A DNA stretch of 56,568 nt, filler included, from Sphacelaria rigidula (lineage: Eukaryota): NCBI GenBank assembly GCA_964200075.2. It is 6 parts of 6 records of this genome, joined end to end, with 100 filler letters (N's around TTAATTAATTAA, not from the genome) between each part and the next. Parts side by side here need not be neighbours in the genome. Positions count along the whole stretch, not along the records: positions 28,337 to 37,680 come from CAXNAA020008708.1; positions 37,781 to 47,124 come from CAXNAA020008709.1; positions 47,225 to 56,568 come from CAXNAA020008710.1; 3 more parts are not named here. One strand, given 5' to 3'. Each line of letters starts with the position of its first letter. Position 1 is the first letter of the stretch. A program made the position numbers and the translations under genes. Positions 33,929-47,448 of the stretch are shown piece by piece. The notes below the pieces were generated by a model that made no database searches, was not told the DNA's origin, and worked only from the letters and a program-made list of their open reading frames with translations.

Positions 33929-34837
33929 AAAGGGAAACGACAGGAAATGACCATTTCTTCAGTGGAAGAGGATTCAAACCACAAAGATGGACCTCGGATT
34001 CGGCGTCTCCACCAAATCTCCAGTCGGCACACGTTTTTTTTCTTGGTTCAAGCCAAAAATGATCCTAGGAGACTTTGGCCTCGACGACCGCGCAAAATGC
34101 CTCAGGGTTAAAATCGCCTCCCTGCCCTCCCCCGTCTCGAAAAGAATGCGTTGTCAACGGTAAAACGACGAAGGCAAGCAATAATAATGAGTATGCCTCC
34201 GCCACATAATCACTAAATCTCAACTTGAGGGGGCCATTTTTGTCTTTTTCAAGGGCAGGCCGGGTAGAGTATACTCGAGTGCGCGGTATTTTAAAAGACG
34301 TACCAGAGTACTCAAATTAGGGTACTGTAGTGTTAGGAATCGTACCCAAAACATGACTGGGAAGCGATCCCTTAAACCCTATTCCCAGTTTGTGTACGTC
34401 AAGTACGACTTTTAAAATACCCCGCAATTGAGTATACTCTACTCGATCTGCCCGTGGTCTTTTCCACACCCTGGACAAAATATTACAGTATAAAAGAAGT
34501 GTACCACGTACATTACGGCATGTTTTGTCTATGGCAATGAACGCAATAGTCCATACTGTACGCAGTGCGAGTACACTTTTTGACAATATAATCTGCTGTC
34601 CAGGGTGTTGGTCTTTTCCAACGCCCCGGGTACTCTCGGCACGCCCCCACACACTCTCATGAATCACATGTCACTTTCGTTTCTCTCTAAATGATTACTC
34701 CGTGTACGTACAACTTCAGACACGAAGACGGAAAAAGAGCGTAAACACACCTTGGGGAATTCCTTGATGAGATAGCGTCGTAACGGCCCGGCGAGGTCGA
34801 TCGACGCACTCGTCTTCTTGAACGGGACGCTCAGCAT
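29315..34837 (-). CDS. BRO1-domain protein (ALIX/Bro1/PalA family, ESCRT-associated), 5' part only; exons 34837-34751, 30443-30282, 29464-29315
   Basis: Three phase-0 exons: MLSVPFKKTSASIDLAGPLRRYLIKEFPK | EETEKFSDDLTELQRIR...LLLRYAGQLAALEAVFPVSETE | VRVGFKWGDAFNPNKKSTQSTLLFERACVLYNFGAHESSSASQEDRSGEV. These carry the BRO1 motifs F.W.DAF and FE.A.VL.N.GA. No further exons were found before the scaffold end at 28337. Confidence 0.9.
29545..29877 (-). mobile_element. tRNA-derived SINE, full length (~330 bp)
   Basis: Sense strand GCCCCGG-TGGTGTAATGG (A box)...GGGTTTGATTCCCG (B box), then a body and an A-rich tail after TCAAAGTGCGA. Four more copies occur in the window. Confidence 0.8.
31095..31389 (-). 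mobile_element. tRNA-derived SINE copy (diverged)
   Basis: Collinear with 29580-29877. Confidence 0.7.
31775..32120 (+). mobile_element. tRNA-derived SINE copy
   Basis: Starts GCCCCGGTGG, has the shared body and ends TCAAAGTGCGAC plus an (AAT)-rich tail. Confidence 0.72.
32545..32730 (-). repeat. CA-tailed SINE-like repeat copy
   Basis: Collinear with 25535-25725. Confidence 0.78.
33876..33925. repeat. (GT)n microsatellite
   Basis: About 25 GT units. Confidence 0.95.
34460..34650 (+). repeat. Old dispersed repeat with a CGCAGTACACTTTT...TGTCCAGGGTGT core (copies ~37915-37980, 47735-47900, 53030-53100)
   Basis: The same core motif and flanks occur in four places. Confidence 0.55.
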
Positions 34838-35209
34838 CGTTCCAGAATGGAAATATCACAACCTGGAGAACAAGCTACGCTGTTCGCGGCGTCAAAAAAC
34901 CGCTGCCGTGCTCTGGTGTGTATTGGGGGAAATGTGTTTAAACCTTTCAAACGAGCTGCCACCTACGGAATAGCAGCATGTCGTGACCACGCGAGATGGT
35001 AAATTGCAACAACAGGCACAGGGGTGGGCGGAGGGATGGAGAGGAGGGAGGGGGGGGGGGGGGGGGGCAAACGGTTTGTTCATGTTGAACTACAACGCAG
35101 ACAGCACCTTACACTATTACACCTAGTCAACAGTCANNNNNNNNNNCACACGCGCAAACCGCCGCAGCAGCGAGGGGGGGTGAGAGGGAGAGAGAGAGAG
35201 GGAAAAGGA

Positions 35210-35268
<59 letters not shown>

Positions 35269-36766
35269 GGCAAACGGTTTGTTCATGTTGAACTACAACG
35301 CAGACAGCACCTTACACTATTACACCTAGTCAACAGTCAACGAAGAATGAACGACCTATTCTTTGTATGAGAATGAAGCCGGCATCTAATCTCCAGAGGG
35401 TTGGGGATGAGCGGAGCAACAGCAAACAGTGAAAACTTCAAAATTAGGCGATACAACCGTACAGTATCGACACTGGAATAGCTCCGACTTTTGTCGCTAC
35501 CACACAGTAGCTAGCTCTCTATCTCGCGGGAACCGGGGTCTACTCCACGTGGTTAGAGGGCAGTAGCAATGGTTGGGGGGGTGTAGCTCGCATCGCTCCG
35601 TGCATCTACTCACAGTAGATGGTGCTGTTGTCTGTAGAGGTCTAATAATAGACACCTGCTGCTACTTCTGTAGAGCACTCGTGGGAGACGTACACGACCC
35701 TTCCGCATGTACTGTGTATCTGTACTTGAGACTATTCTGGCTCACCCAACAAACCTATCGTGCACATCAGGCAACACGTAATCACTCCCAAGTTTCCAAT
35801 CGCTCTACACATACGACACTAGGAGCAGTAGACGCATAAGGGGGCAGTATCCGATTATCAGCACGTCGCTGCTGGCCGAGGACTGTCCCAGGTGCAACTT
35901 TAGGAATTCGCTGTTCGCTGTGTGTAATGTAGGTGTATTACAGCACAGAAATAACAGGTACACGGACTGTATCGTGCGCAAAAATAAAAGCAAGCACCGT
36001 AGAGGCGCGGGGAGATTGGAACTGAGCGACAACGAGGAACCAATGAGATACTGATCGAAATGGATGGGTACAGTAGTGGAGGTGTTCTCACCTTGTTCGG
36101 TAGGATGGGACTTTCGAGGCACGCTTCCGTACTACTGATACTGCAACAACAGGAGGGAACAGTCCTGCAGAAGGGAGGGAACCAAGGAAGAAAATGTCAT
36201 TTTCCATTCGTGTTCCGATTTTGGTGTGAACCCTGGTGAACCCAAGGTGAACCTCATGTGATTCCAGAACCGCGAAACATCATGAGCTTGGAATGATCTA
36301 CCCCCGGTTCAAACCAGATCCACAGGCTGCAGGACAACAAACAGGACAGGAATTCACTGCAATACAACGCCGGCAGCGTAGTGAGTATTACATCAACACC
36401 GCCCATTGTACGGATTGAGCATCGTGGAGAAGTACGGGAGGATAGCGTTGGGCACTCGTTGGGAGCAGCGGCTGCAGGGTGAGGCAAGACCGCGAAGATG
36501 GCAGCGAAGACACTGGAAACTGGGCGTGCGGAAAAAGGCCCCGACGCCCGTGCATTGGTCATATGGTGCAATACCATCAGAACAGTGCAGTGCATTGCAG
36601 CATTTCCAAAATGAGTTGTCCAGTGGGCCGTACTGTACCGTACTGTCCATGTATTGTGTCTGTTGTTCATGTGTTCAAACCATGTAGGAGTCTCAGTCTC
36701 ACCAAGGTCTCACCTATATACTGTATAGGCGATGGGCCCCATTTCGGGAAATACATGCACCACCGG

Positions 36767-36797
<31 letters not shown>

Positions 36798-38126
36798 AGC
36801 CCGAGGAAAAGGCCAAACACCCACCGGGGAAAACACATTTACCCGCGGTCGAGAATGAGGAAAATGCCAAATCCATTTGGGGAAAACCTCATTTTTCCTA
36901 TTTCTCCGCTAGTATACGGAATTGAACGAATATTTAAATATCTCCGGGTTAGCCTCAACGTGAGCAGCCCAAAACCGAGGAGTTTTGGTGTATCAGTTGT
37001 TCTTGTGGCGATCGAGGAGCAAATTTCCCAACTGGAAAATGACTTTTGAGTCGCGGCGATCACTGGATACTGATTACTGATTCTCGCTGGCTTTTGCAAG
37101 ACCGGTTGTTACCGACCTGGCACTATCAAAGTGATACTGGCGCCATGCTAAGGAGGGCGGTGTGCGACGAACAGTTCTGTACTCGTACTGAATGACTAAA
37201 ATGTACATCCAGTAAGTTGACTGTACGGTGTTACCAGCAGACACGAAAATATCCTGATATTATAAACGTGCACAATGTGTGCGTTGCAGATGATCACGCA
37301 CTTTCCCCGCGTTTGGGCAGACAACCGTGTCTATACCACGCGTATACGTATCTATATATCGCAATTCATACGGCACTGCGACACAAGAGAGGGAGAGGTT
37401 GCAAAAGGGGAAGGTTATGGACGTGGAATTGCGATAGAGAGTATCCAACAAAACTGGTCTCCCCAGTGGCTCAGGTCCTGAGAGTCGTTTTCATTTCGTG
37501 GATGATGTTAGACAAAAATATTCTGTTTTGTATGGGCCACTACACAACAGAAGAATGCCGCCAGAGGGTTATGAGCCCTCGCCTCTCTGAGACAGCAGAG
37601 CGCTCTATCGATTAAGCTATGACGGTGCGTTGAGGACAGGACAAGATCCCAGAAGAGGGTTGAGATGTTGAGTGAGAGACNNNNNNNNNNNNNNNNNNNN
37701 NNNNNNNNNNNNNNNNNNNNNNNNTTAATTAATTAANNNNNNNNNNNNNNNNNNNNNNNNNNNNNNNNNNNNNNNNNNNNAACGCTGAAATAAAGCCTAG
37801 GGATTGATTAGTCACGAGTCGACTCATCATACAAAAACTAATTAATTTTCAGACGAATCATTATTTGTCCGACCCTTGGAACGTTCGCTGTGTGCTATTA
37901 CAATATACAACATTCGACACTGCACGCAGTACACTTTTCGCCAATAATGCCATTAGTTTACTGTCTTGGGCGTGAAATATGCTCCTAGCACTGCCAAGAA
38001 ATACCGACGGCAAGAAGGATCGACTGCTGCACAATGTTGTTGCGATCAAACTTATCCCCACTCCAACGCAAGCGCCGTGGACGGTGGAGTTTCAGGCATA
38101 CGCGGTGGTCCTGGTCCGTACGGTAA

Positions 38127-38347
38127 CGGTGTAATGCGTGAGAGGACCGCGTGCTTAGAGGACCGCATCGGAATTCATTTGAACATCCCTATGGTTAGGG
38201 TTAGGGTTAGGGTTAGTGCTAGGGTTGTGGTCAGGGGCGTGGTACCTGCAGGGACTGGCCCGATTGGTTTTGAAAACCGTCAATCCTGATGTGTTTTGAA
38301 CAACGGCGCGGTTCTCTAAGCACGCGGTCCTCTCACGCATTACAACG
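38127..38347. mobile_element. Foldback/non-autonomous element with 40-bp inverted repeats enclosing telomeric TTAGGG repeats
   Basis: 38127-38166 versus 38308-38347 are 38/40 complementary. (TTAGGG)3 plus degenerate units lie at 38195-38236. Confidence 0.8.
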
Positions 38348-41002
38348 CTTTGCGGCCCATCAGATCTCGAGAAGCTCGGCAGAGACCCATTAATTCCGGT
38401 GGTCCGCTGCAGCAATGTGATGTCGCTTCTGCGGCAAAAAATTAGTCGTCAAATTCCAATCGCGATCAAGGGGTGGCCCAGATTGGATCTACCTGTAGAA
38501 TATTTTCATGGTACCCCGTAAGCTATAAATAGTAAACCGCTTGTCGTGTAGTCTCAATAATAATGTCGTTTTTTTCAATACGTACACAGCCACTGTGAGC
38601 CGCGCTGGCCGTGGAGATCATGCAAAGGTATCAAACAGCTGGGGATTTTTCCTTTGAACGGGATAGGTGTGTGACGAGGAACACCACGGAGGGAGGTGAC
38701 GCGTAGTTCGTTGGTCGGGGGAGACCTACCCTCCTGACCCATGGTCACTGATTTTCAGAAAATGATCAACTTGCTCACGAGCGTCTCTTTGCGGCCTGGG
38801 GCGCAACTCCTTCCTTCCGCATCTTGTTAGTTCCGGCCGTGACTGCGCACTCGCACCAAGCTCTTTTGCGAGAAATGCATGGCGATGCTCGGCCGCCGAT
38901 CGCTCCGGGAGATAATAATAGTAAGCGACAGAAAATCTATTTAGGTCGCGGTCGCTTTGAGTATTCATGATGCTTGTAGCCGTATATCGCTTTGGACTTG
39001 TTGTGAGGCGGCTAAGTTGAAACGGTTGCATTTTTTGCCTCATGTACGGTCAACTAGAAACATGAAGTCACAAGAAACGCCGTGGCCCTGTATCGTACAC
39101 GGTCGGTGTATGTTATCAATCAGAAGACTCCCGGAACCGAATTCACCATCCGCATGATGTTTCCTGTAAAGACAGTAAAATATGTCTACATAATATTTCT
39201 ACGCTACACATGAAGGCCCGGATACAGCTTGGGTAAGAATCGCTGTTACAAATACTCCTAGTTTCCATCTCCCGACTCGTCACATAATGAAGTATTATTC
39301 CGCTACTTCACATTATTAATTGAACCGAAGTGCTAGAACTGATCTACACACACTGATCAAGTATAATTAAATCCAGACTGACATCGGGTAGTCGTCTCAA
39401 GCCAGACGAATGTCAAGTAGTTCTCGCAGCTGTTTCCCCAAGGTAACCCCCCCCGCCGCCCCCCACGGTCTAATACAGAAAAATGATTCGACGCAGGTAC
39501 ACCCACTTCAGAATTCTTTCTCTCCGCCTTCGTAGCGTGACACAGATACTCCGGAATGTCAACCCTTTGACTGCGAGCATATTATGACTCGGAAGAGTAT
39601 AGCCGGCTGACAATAATACTCCAGGGCTTGAACCAGAGCGGAGGTGCTTTATGAGAAGCTTCCTCAGCGCCACGGAAACTCTTCCCACATCAATCAAGCG
39701 TGTTTCCAGGAAAATTTTAGGTCGAGCAGGATATTATATATATGCAGAGAGGAGATTCAAAGTAGCAAGTTCGATGGCTTGGATTGGCCAATGCACTGGG
39801 CATAGACGACAACCTATTATGATGAACTGTGTGCAGTGGAGTGCGATGATAATAATTGTTTCGTACCTTTGCACTTGACCGCTGATACACAAAACCAACC
39901 TTTAGGTATACGGTAGAGCAGCCGTGAAACACAGCTGAGACGATGCGACACAGAGTGCAACGTAAAAAATTAAGCTTGCCGAGGTTCACCAGCGCGATGC
40001 GCCAAAAGCAAGACTGCGAAAGCAAAGTTTGGGAGGGAGTAGTTTATTTGCGAATATCGCAGCAGTAGCAGCAGCAGGAGAGTAGTCAGAGTGCACCGCT
40101 TGCAAAGCAGGAACGGATACACCCCACCCACAAAAATGACCTTTGGTAGCGGAAAACGGCCACCTAACTCGGCACAAAGCCGGTAAGGGTTTCTCCTGCA
40201 TGCATCATTATTATTGCCATCATAAAACAAATGTTCAACAATCCCTTGCTCATGTAACACGCGTGCTGTGTCGATGGAAAACCTGCACTACTACTGTAGT
40301 TCGGAGGTCAACATACTGACCATATATAGGAAATCTGGGACGGCGAGGAGGGTGCCCCGGTCGCAGCTTTGAAGGCCTACCGCAGATTGTGGAAGCACTC
40401 TGGTTTGGAAATATACGCGGAAGCGAGCACGACGGATCTTGACAGATGTATCTATTTCGCGAATGCACCCTTCAATAGGGGGGGATCTCTGAAACTCGAG
40501 ATTCCCGGTGTAAATAGCAGTAATCGAAGAACAATAAATACATCGGGAACCTCGAGTTTAAGATACCCCTTTCGAGCGCCACATGCATATATGCCCATTT
40601 GAAAAGTATGCTAGGTACAGCAAAGTGCGTTACAGTGGTCCAAGATTCTGAGGCAGGTTATGCATGCGGTAATTTCGCTGACTCGTTCTTCAACAGGGAT
40701 CATAGCACGAAGGAGATGCGGCTGCTACATTGTAATGGAGGACGCAGGCCCCATCGATGACTGCATACTGTATGAAAAAGCAGACCAGGCATCCTGCGGC
40801 GCGCAGACCACCCGTCCTAGCTATATACCTATTTGCAGCAGACCGAATCAGAACGGCACAACATTGTTCGTTATTCACCACGACCCACCCAGCAGCCTGT
40901 ACCTACCCTACGCTCACCCCCATCTTCCCCAGTCTTCACACCATTCACTCAACCGCCAACGGATCAAGCAAGACCTTTACCGACTCCACGCACCGCAGCA
41001 CC

Positions 41003-44000
41003 ATGGTGCTTTCTCGCTTTTCTCTCGGTGCTTTGGTCGCCATCGGCGCGTTCGGCGCCTCGTCCGGTGAGTCACAGCGTAGATTTCTGCTACTTTTCAG
41101 GTGATGGAAGAAGGTGCTGTACAACAATCGAAATCATACTCATCGGGGTCCGCCTGTTGCCAGCGTACACGACGCTGAGTTAATTCGTGCTTGTGTCCCT
41201 TACTCTGTAACCCATGAGCCCACTAAGAGTGGCTGTGTAGTCCTCTTTTTGTGGCGACACTCATCATCAGCCCCTCTATCCGTGGCTAGTTCCTGCCGCC
41301 CCCCCGTGTAAGTCATCATATCGGCCACGATTACTAGTCGGCATTGAATCCTTACGCTGTACCACTGTCGGGTAACGTAGAAATCACTGCTCGCGCATGG
41401 ACAGGGCTGCTTTAACACCATCCAACTTTCATGAACACCGAATAATTGAAGGTGCCTCTTTTCGAGCTGGCTTGGCTTTAAGCCTTCTTCACCTGCCATA
41501 ATGCGAGGGACGCGTCGAGCCAAGAAATTGTCGCACACATTTAACGCCCAGGTGCACTTGTCCGGTTTCGAGCCAAACGACTTTCGGCACAAATTTAGTA
41601 TACCTCATATTGGTTAGATGAAGGCTTGTTAATTTGAAAGCTCCTTGGTCGGCTGCGGCCCCTCGCCAGCAGTGATTCAATACTAGTTCTTGACCTGAAC
41701 TTGGCCTGAACCAACTCTTTTAATTCTCCCGGTAATACTTTTCAGACAAGAAATAAAGAAACATCTCACGTAACCAGGAATTGAACTCGGTACTTCAATT
41801 GCTCGTTCAGAGGAACTGCCCGTGCCAACCGGCTTCAAAGTACTCAGTACTTGCGACCATTTTTTTGAACTATTGCCCGTACACACTGTCAGAGCAGTAC
41901 AGCGCAAATGAAACGGTTGACTGCATTGCATTTAGTGTGTGCCCGGGCGTGTACTTTCAAGTGTGAGTTGGTAGATTCCTTCGGTCTTAGAGGGCGGCTT
42001 CGCCGAGGTATAAACAATATTGTGAACAACAAGATGCGGCCGTTTTAGCTTGGCGTGTATATTATTTCAGCCACGTCAGGTACGATACCGTCCACCCCCC
42101 CCTCCCTCCCTCAAGTCTATGAGCTCGCCCGGAGTGCTTTGAGGGACCTAGGTAGTCCGTGCGGTGACAGCGTGTCGACTCGTGCGCCCTACTTTATTAG
42201 TCCCTTCTACCTACAAAATCTTTTTCTGAAGAGAAGTGCTCGCCACTCGTTTGTGTCCGCTCCTTGTACGCTACAAATGTGCAGCCGGTTCTTTGCGCGC
42301 GGGAGCGGCCGTTAGTCAGGTGAGCCAACAACGAGTATAATAGCCTTCATGTACACCTTCAACGAGTGACATATGCAGTGATCAGGGTCGGCAAAATATC
42401 CACCAGTGATCGCAATCACGATCCTGGACAGGAACATAATATTGTCAACTATCTGCACAGTACGCAAGGTCTCCGGGTACTTACTGTGCATAGTATTGCT
42501 CAAGGGGGTTTCAAAACTGGGTAGCATATATATGTTGCATATGCACGTGTGTATCCCAGGGGATTATCGGTTAGCAACACCTTGCTGCCACGCAAGATAG
42601 GGTCCATCAACAGCGACACTATACACTTAGCATGTATGCTGTGAAATGAGGGTTGGGGTTTCCACTTCTACATAATCCACCTGTCTGTGCATGATGAAAT
42701 ATTCCACTCTTTTGCATTCCATACATGTGCCGGCGACAACCCATGCAGAGCGTATATAGACTACACACCTAGGAAGGACAGCCGGCTGAACCGTTCACTT
42801 GTGCAGGACCTCAGTATACTATACACGCAAGGCAATGGCTCACAGTAAAAGTGTAGTACTTCGATGCGCAATTTTTTTTGTTGTTGTGAGTAGGCCCATC
42901 ACCCACAACGGTGACGTTTGTGCCAGCGAGACGGGATCCTAGAACCATAAACTGACTGAAGGGAGAGGTTGAAACGTACCTGCAAAGACCATCGGCTGCT
43001 GCACTTGGATGAAGATACTCATGAAACTAGATGGCGGACAAATATATATGACAAGCCTATACGTTTCATCACCCAATGAGATCAACGGCATAGCGCCGCA
43101 TGCGTTCGTTTTTGCGGCCTCATTTTTGCCCCTGACAAAACGATATGTACGTGCGAATAATCTGGTGATCGAGTGCATGAACCAGCAGACACCATAGCTG
43201 GTGAGAGGCGTTGCCAATCCGTACTTTTGAAAATGTTTCATACTTACTGCCGGAAGACGGGCTCGACCACCTAGCAGAATAAGGTAGTACGTGTGTTGTT
43301 CCTCCCATTGTGCGTGCCGTGTACGGAATTATGTGGCATCCAACCTACGCACGTGCTAATAGCATGAATGTTCGTGCTAGACTGCGATACCGTGAAATAT
43401 TTGAGAATGTTAACGTCGTCCGATCAGTGTTTCCGTGTGGCCACATGGCGCGTTCGTCGTGTCACGAAATTCGCACGCGCTTGGTTCAGCATTGGCCGAA
43501 AATTCGATAGAACGCACGTTACTATCAGGTGTAACATGTGGTACACAAGGTGAGCGGTAGGCGACCGACCGATAAAGGGCAGTGCGACTTAATCGCTACA
43601 TCGTCTTTCCCGCTCGACACCCGTCCCCGCCCCTTTCTTTGATTCAGCGAGCACGGGTGCAACTCATGGAAACCTTCACTGAGCTTGGATGCTTCAAGGA
43701 CTCAAGAAGTCGACTGCTGACTAACATGATCAGCAGCTCCGACATGACCCCCACGGTGAGGGATGACGTGGCAATAATGTCCATTGTTTTTTGCAACACA
43801 CGGGACTTCTAATTTACCCTTCGATGTATGTCATCGTCACGCCAACACATTGAAACCCCGAAACCACGTTGCAGCCGCCGCTGCTTTTACATCCAAACCT
43901 CGAGCGGACCGGACCAAAGGGTTAACAGTACAATGACGTCCTCGTTTCCGCCGCAACAGGTGTGCGCAGCTTACTGCACCGGCTACGCCATCTTCGCGAC

Positions 44001-46934
44001 CCAATACGGACGAGAGGTAAGCGGGATCCAAATTCTTGTTGAGCGCGTTGCCGCACTGTTTCTTTGTCTAGAGTCTAAGCATGTGTCGCGCACGCAGGTG
44101 TGGAATGCACACATTCATTGCATGTCGGCGACGCCATGAGTTTGCTCACGCGCACGTCGGCGACAACATAGCGTGTAATGCCCATGTTCACGCCTAGTAA
44201 GAGGCCCTACTGAAGGTACTGCTGACGATGTCTCCAGGTGTGTACTAGGAATTATAAATCTTCAAATGCTTCGGGCGACTTGATTGACTCTCTCGTCACG
44301 GCCGCCCCGATGTTCTTACCGTTGTGTTGACCGACGTCCACATACGCCTTCCGCTACTTGCGCTTTGCGGAATGCATGGTGTAGTGCTGGTGCGGAGCGG
44401 CCGGCACCGACGTAGCCATAATAGGCGAAGGCACGTGCGACATACCATGCGAGGGAGACTCTTCACTCACCTGCGGCGGGTTCTATACCTTCAACGCGTA
44501 CGCAATGCCGACCACAGGACCGACACCCGCGCCTACCCCGGCGCCGACCATTTACCCCGCGTCCCTCGGATGCTACACGGACAAGAGGGACGGTCGCGTG
44601 CTGAGCAATATGTTGACCAGCGACAACATGACCCCGCTGGTGTGTGGCTCTTACTGCCGCGGCTACGCCTACTTCGGGACCCAGTACGGAAGCGAGGTGA
44701 GCGATCCATTCTCCTGTATAAGGGTCTTGCATTCGCTGCGCGCTTTTTGACGCCTGGAGTCATGCCACGATAGCAGTGCAAAAAACATTTTTTTCTGGTT
44801 TGAGCTGTCAGGGACCCTTCATCTCATCCAAAATCCGACTCAAGAGTATGTGAAAGCGCGCTATCATCAGCATTCCAATGGGCTAGGGACATCTCGAAAG
44901 AATTTCAACACGGGAACGTCCTGACTCATGTCGTAGTTCCTAACTTTGGGAGCCCTCCAATGAGAAACCTTTGGGCCCCGATGTTCAACTCCTACCGTGG
45001 GAGGTGGTGCAGAAGTCGGTGTTGGGGGGGAATACATCACCCGTTTACCCGCCCCACTCGAAATCCCTGCTGCACCGTTTTTGGGCAACCCCTTATAACA
45101 ACGTTTTCGTGGGATTGAGACTAGAGCACTGATTGAGAGTGGCTTGGATCATTCGCTTTAACTTGGTCATTTTTCCATTCCGTGTGTGCTTTTCTTTGCC
45201 TCTATCACTAGCGTTTGCTTACATCTACACGTGGATATCCTACTCAGGGATATCAACGGCCTCAGTGGCAAGGTACTACAGGAAGCATATCGGGCATCGT
45301 TGAGAGGCGTTTCGGAACTGAAACGAATCATTCACTAATTGACCGACTTTCACTCTCAATCGTATCCTCTACTCTCAATCTCATGAACACATTGTGTTTT
45401 GCGAATTGTTTCCAATAACATGCCCCGCATCTCCGATCCTCTGTTTATATGTGTGCTGAATATTTGCTGTCTTATGCTATTTTTTTTCTGCTGGGTGCAC
45501 TAGTGCTGGTGCGGAGCGGCCGGCACCGAGTTTGACAAGTACGGCACATCCACGTCATGCACCGTGCCCTGCGCCGGAGATAGTTCGGCCACATGTGGTG
45601 GGTCGTATGCCTTCGAGTTGTACATTACCCCGGCAGCGCCGAGTCCAGCACCTTCGACGGCACCCACCCCGGCACCGACCCTGTACCTTGACCTTGGATG
45701 CTTCAAGGACTTGAGGGATTCCCGCGTGTTCGCCAACCCGTTGACCGACGACAGCATGACCTATGCGGTATGAGAGTGCGCGGCTGACACTGGAATTGCA
45801 TGTTTCTGTGCAAAACATTTGCTACCTCTCGGCCGATATGAACTTTGTCCGGTCGTGACTCGCGCGTACAGCTTACAACGCGTGATATGAACGACTGCTC
45901 TCTGCTTTCCCGACAACTCATCTCTCCGGCACAGGAGCAATTTATTCGCCATCTTTTCGTAGCTCCGGCTTTGAGGAACTGTTTTAGAACATATGCAGGT
46001 TCAGTAGACTACTACTGATGACCGATGCCAAAATGGGAACCTACTTTTGTTCTCTGTCACAGGTGTGCGCCGCCCACTGCTCCGCTTACACCTATTTCGG
46101 CGTGCAGTACGGAAAGGAGGTGAGCACAACCATCATACCGATATATCTTAATCGCGTTTCGCAATGATTGCTCCACACTGATCATAACATGAGGCTTCGG
46201 TTCTCAGCCTAAATGATTGAGCAGGTGTCACGCAAGAGAGAGACGAGCTTTTACACCAGCGACCTTCCTAGCACGGTATCTGTGTCCGCCCACTTACACG
46301 TCGTTTACGACCGCTCCGAGCACACATTTTCATCGCCCGCCTGTTGCCCTCCTCTGTACGTTCCATGATTTCCACCTGTTTCCTGACCAACACACGTTTT
46401 GCCATATAGTGCTGGTGCGGGGCTGCCGGTACTATCTTCGACATTAACGGGTCAGCCACGTGCGATATCCCCTGTGCTGGGGATTCTTCGGCCATATGCG
46501 GTGGCACCTTCGCCTTCAACGCGTTCACTGTACCGGAGCTGGTACCGACCCCGGCACCGACCCCGGCACCCACTCTCTACCCAGTATCTCTTGGATGCTA
46601 CAAGGACTTGAGGGAGGCCCGTGTCTTCACCAACATGCTGAGTAGCAGCAGCATGACCCCCCTGGTGAGAATGGGTACCGGTGTCGTCAATGTTTCGTAC
46701 TATCCACCCGTCTATCGGGACAAAACAATTGTCGAGCAATGGCGTCGGCGTAGGGCATACTATCCCAAAATCACGATCGCACCTCGCCAGCTTGCGCCGT
46801 CGAACTTTATTGGTAAAAACCTTGTTCGCTGTTGTCCTAACGATTGGCCCCAATCAAAATTGCTCCTTCCTGCAAAGGTGTGCGCCGCCCACTGCTCCAC
46901 GTACACCTACTTCGCAACCCAGTACGGAGAGGAG
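41003..46934 (+). CDS. Secreted multi-WSC-domain (carbohydrate-binding) protein, 3'-truncated; exons 41003-41066, 43490-43549, ~43648-43755, 43960-44016, 44385-44696, 45504-45767, 46063-46119, 46410-46664, 46878-46934
   Basis: Signal-peptide exon MVLSRFSLGALVAIGAFGASS, then four WSC repeats (LGC(F/Y)xD...R...MTP.VC...C..Y..F..QYG.ECWCG...C..PC.GDSS..CGG) separated by PTPAPTPAPT linkers, with canonical splice sites. The fourth repeat is cut by the scaffold end. There is one phase inconsistency near 43648-43672. Confidence 0.9.
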
Positions 46935-47448
46935 GTGAGGACAAATCGCAGTGGGACTGAAGTTCCATGGTTTTGTCCCTCTTGTGGACACTAGCTATTT
47001 CTTCGCGTACTGCTCAGCTGTGGAGTCATCCTACGATGGGGGGGGGGGGGGGGGCCCCTGTTCTTTCGTGGCATAGGTATTTAGGACCTTTGACTTGGCA
47101 CCCCTGTGAAGCGGGGAGGGACCCNNNNNNNNNNNNNNNNNNNNNNNNNNNNNNNNNNNNNNNNNNNNTTAATTAATTAANNNNNNNNNNNNNNNNNNNN
47201 NNNNNNNNNNNNNNNNNNNNNNNNCCCCCCCCCCCCCGGATGGAAAAAAAAAAAAAAAAACGGGGGATTGGTTCCTCCGAGTTGGACGCAGGGGGGGGGG
47301 GGGGGGGGGGGGGGGGGAGGGAAGCGCCACAATCTGTCGGTATAGATAAATGGGAAGATACTGGTACGATGTTTTTCTACTACAGTCATCAACTACGCAC
47401 GTGACACGTCGACGACCCATGTAACGGACAAACGACAGCGGTCTACCG

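Noticed and set aside
35040..35340. Direct duplication of ~70 bp plus poly-G on both sides of a 10-N gap
   Set aside because: Typical unmerged contig overlap at a homopolymer, so most likely an assembly artefact.
36270..40450. Several coding-looking stretches (36270-36560, 37290-37480, 38730-38910, 39500-39710, 40330-40470)
   Set aside because: No consistent exon chain or recognisable domain could be built, and the span crosses an artificial spacer.
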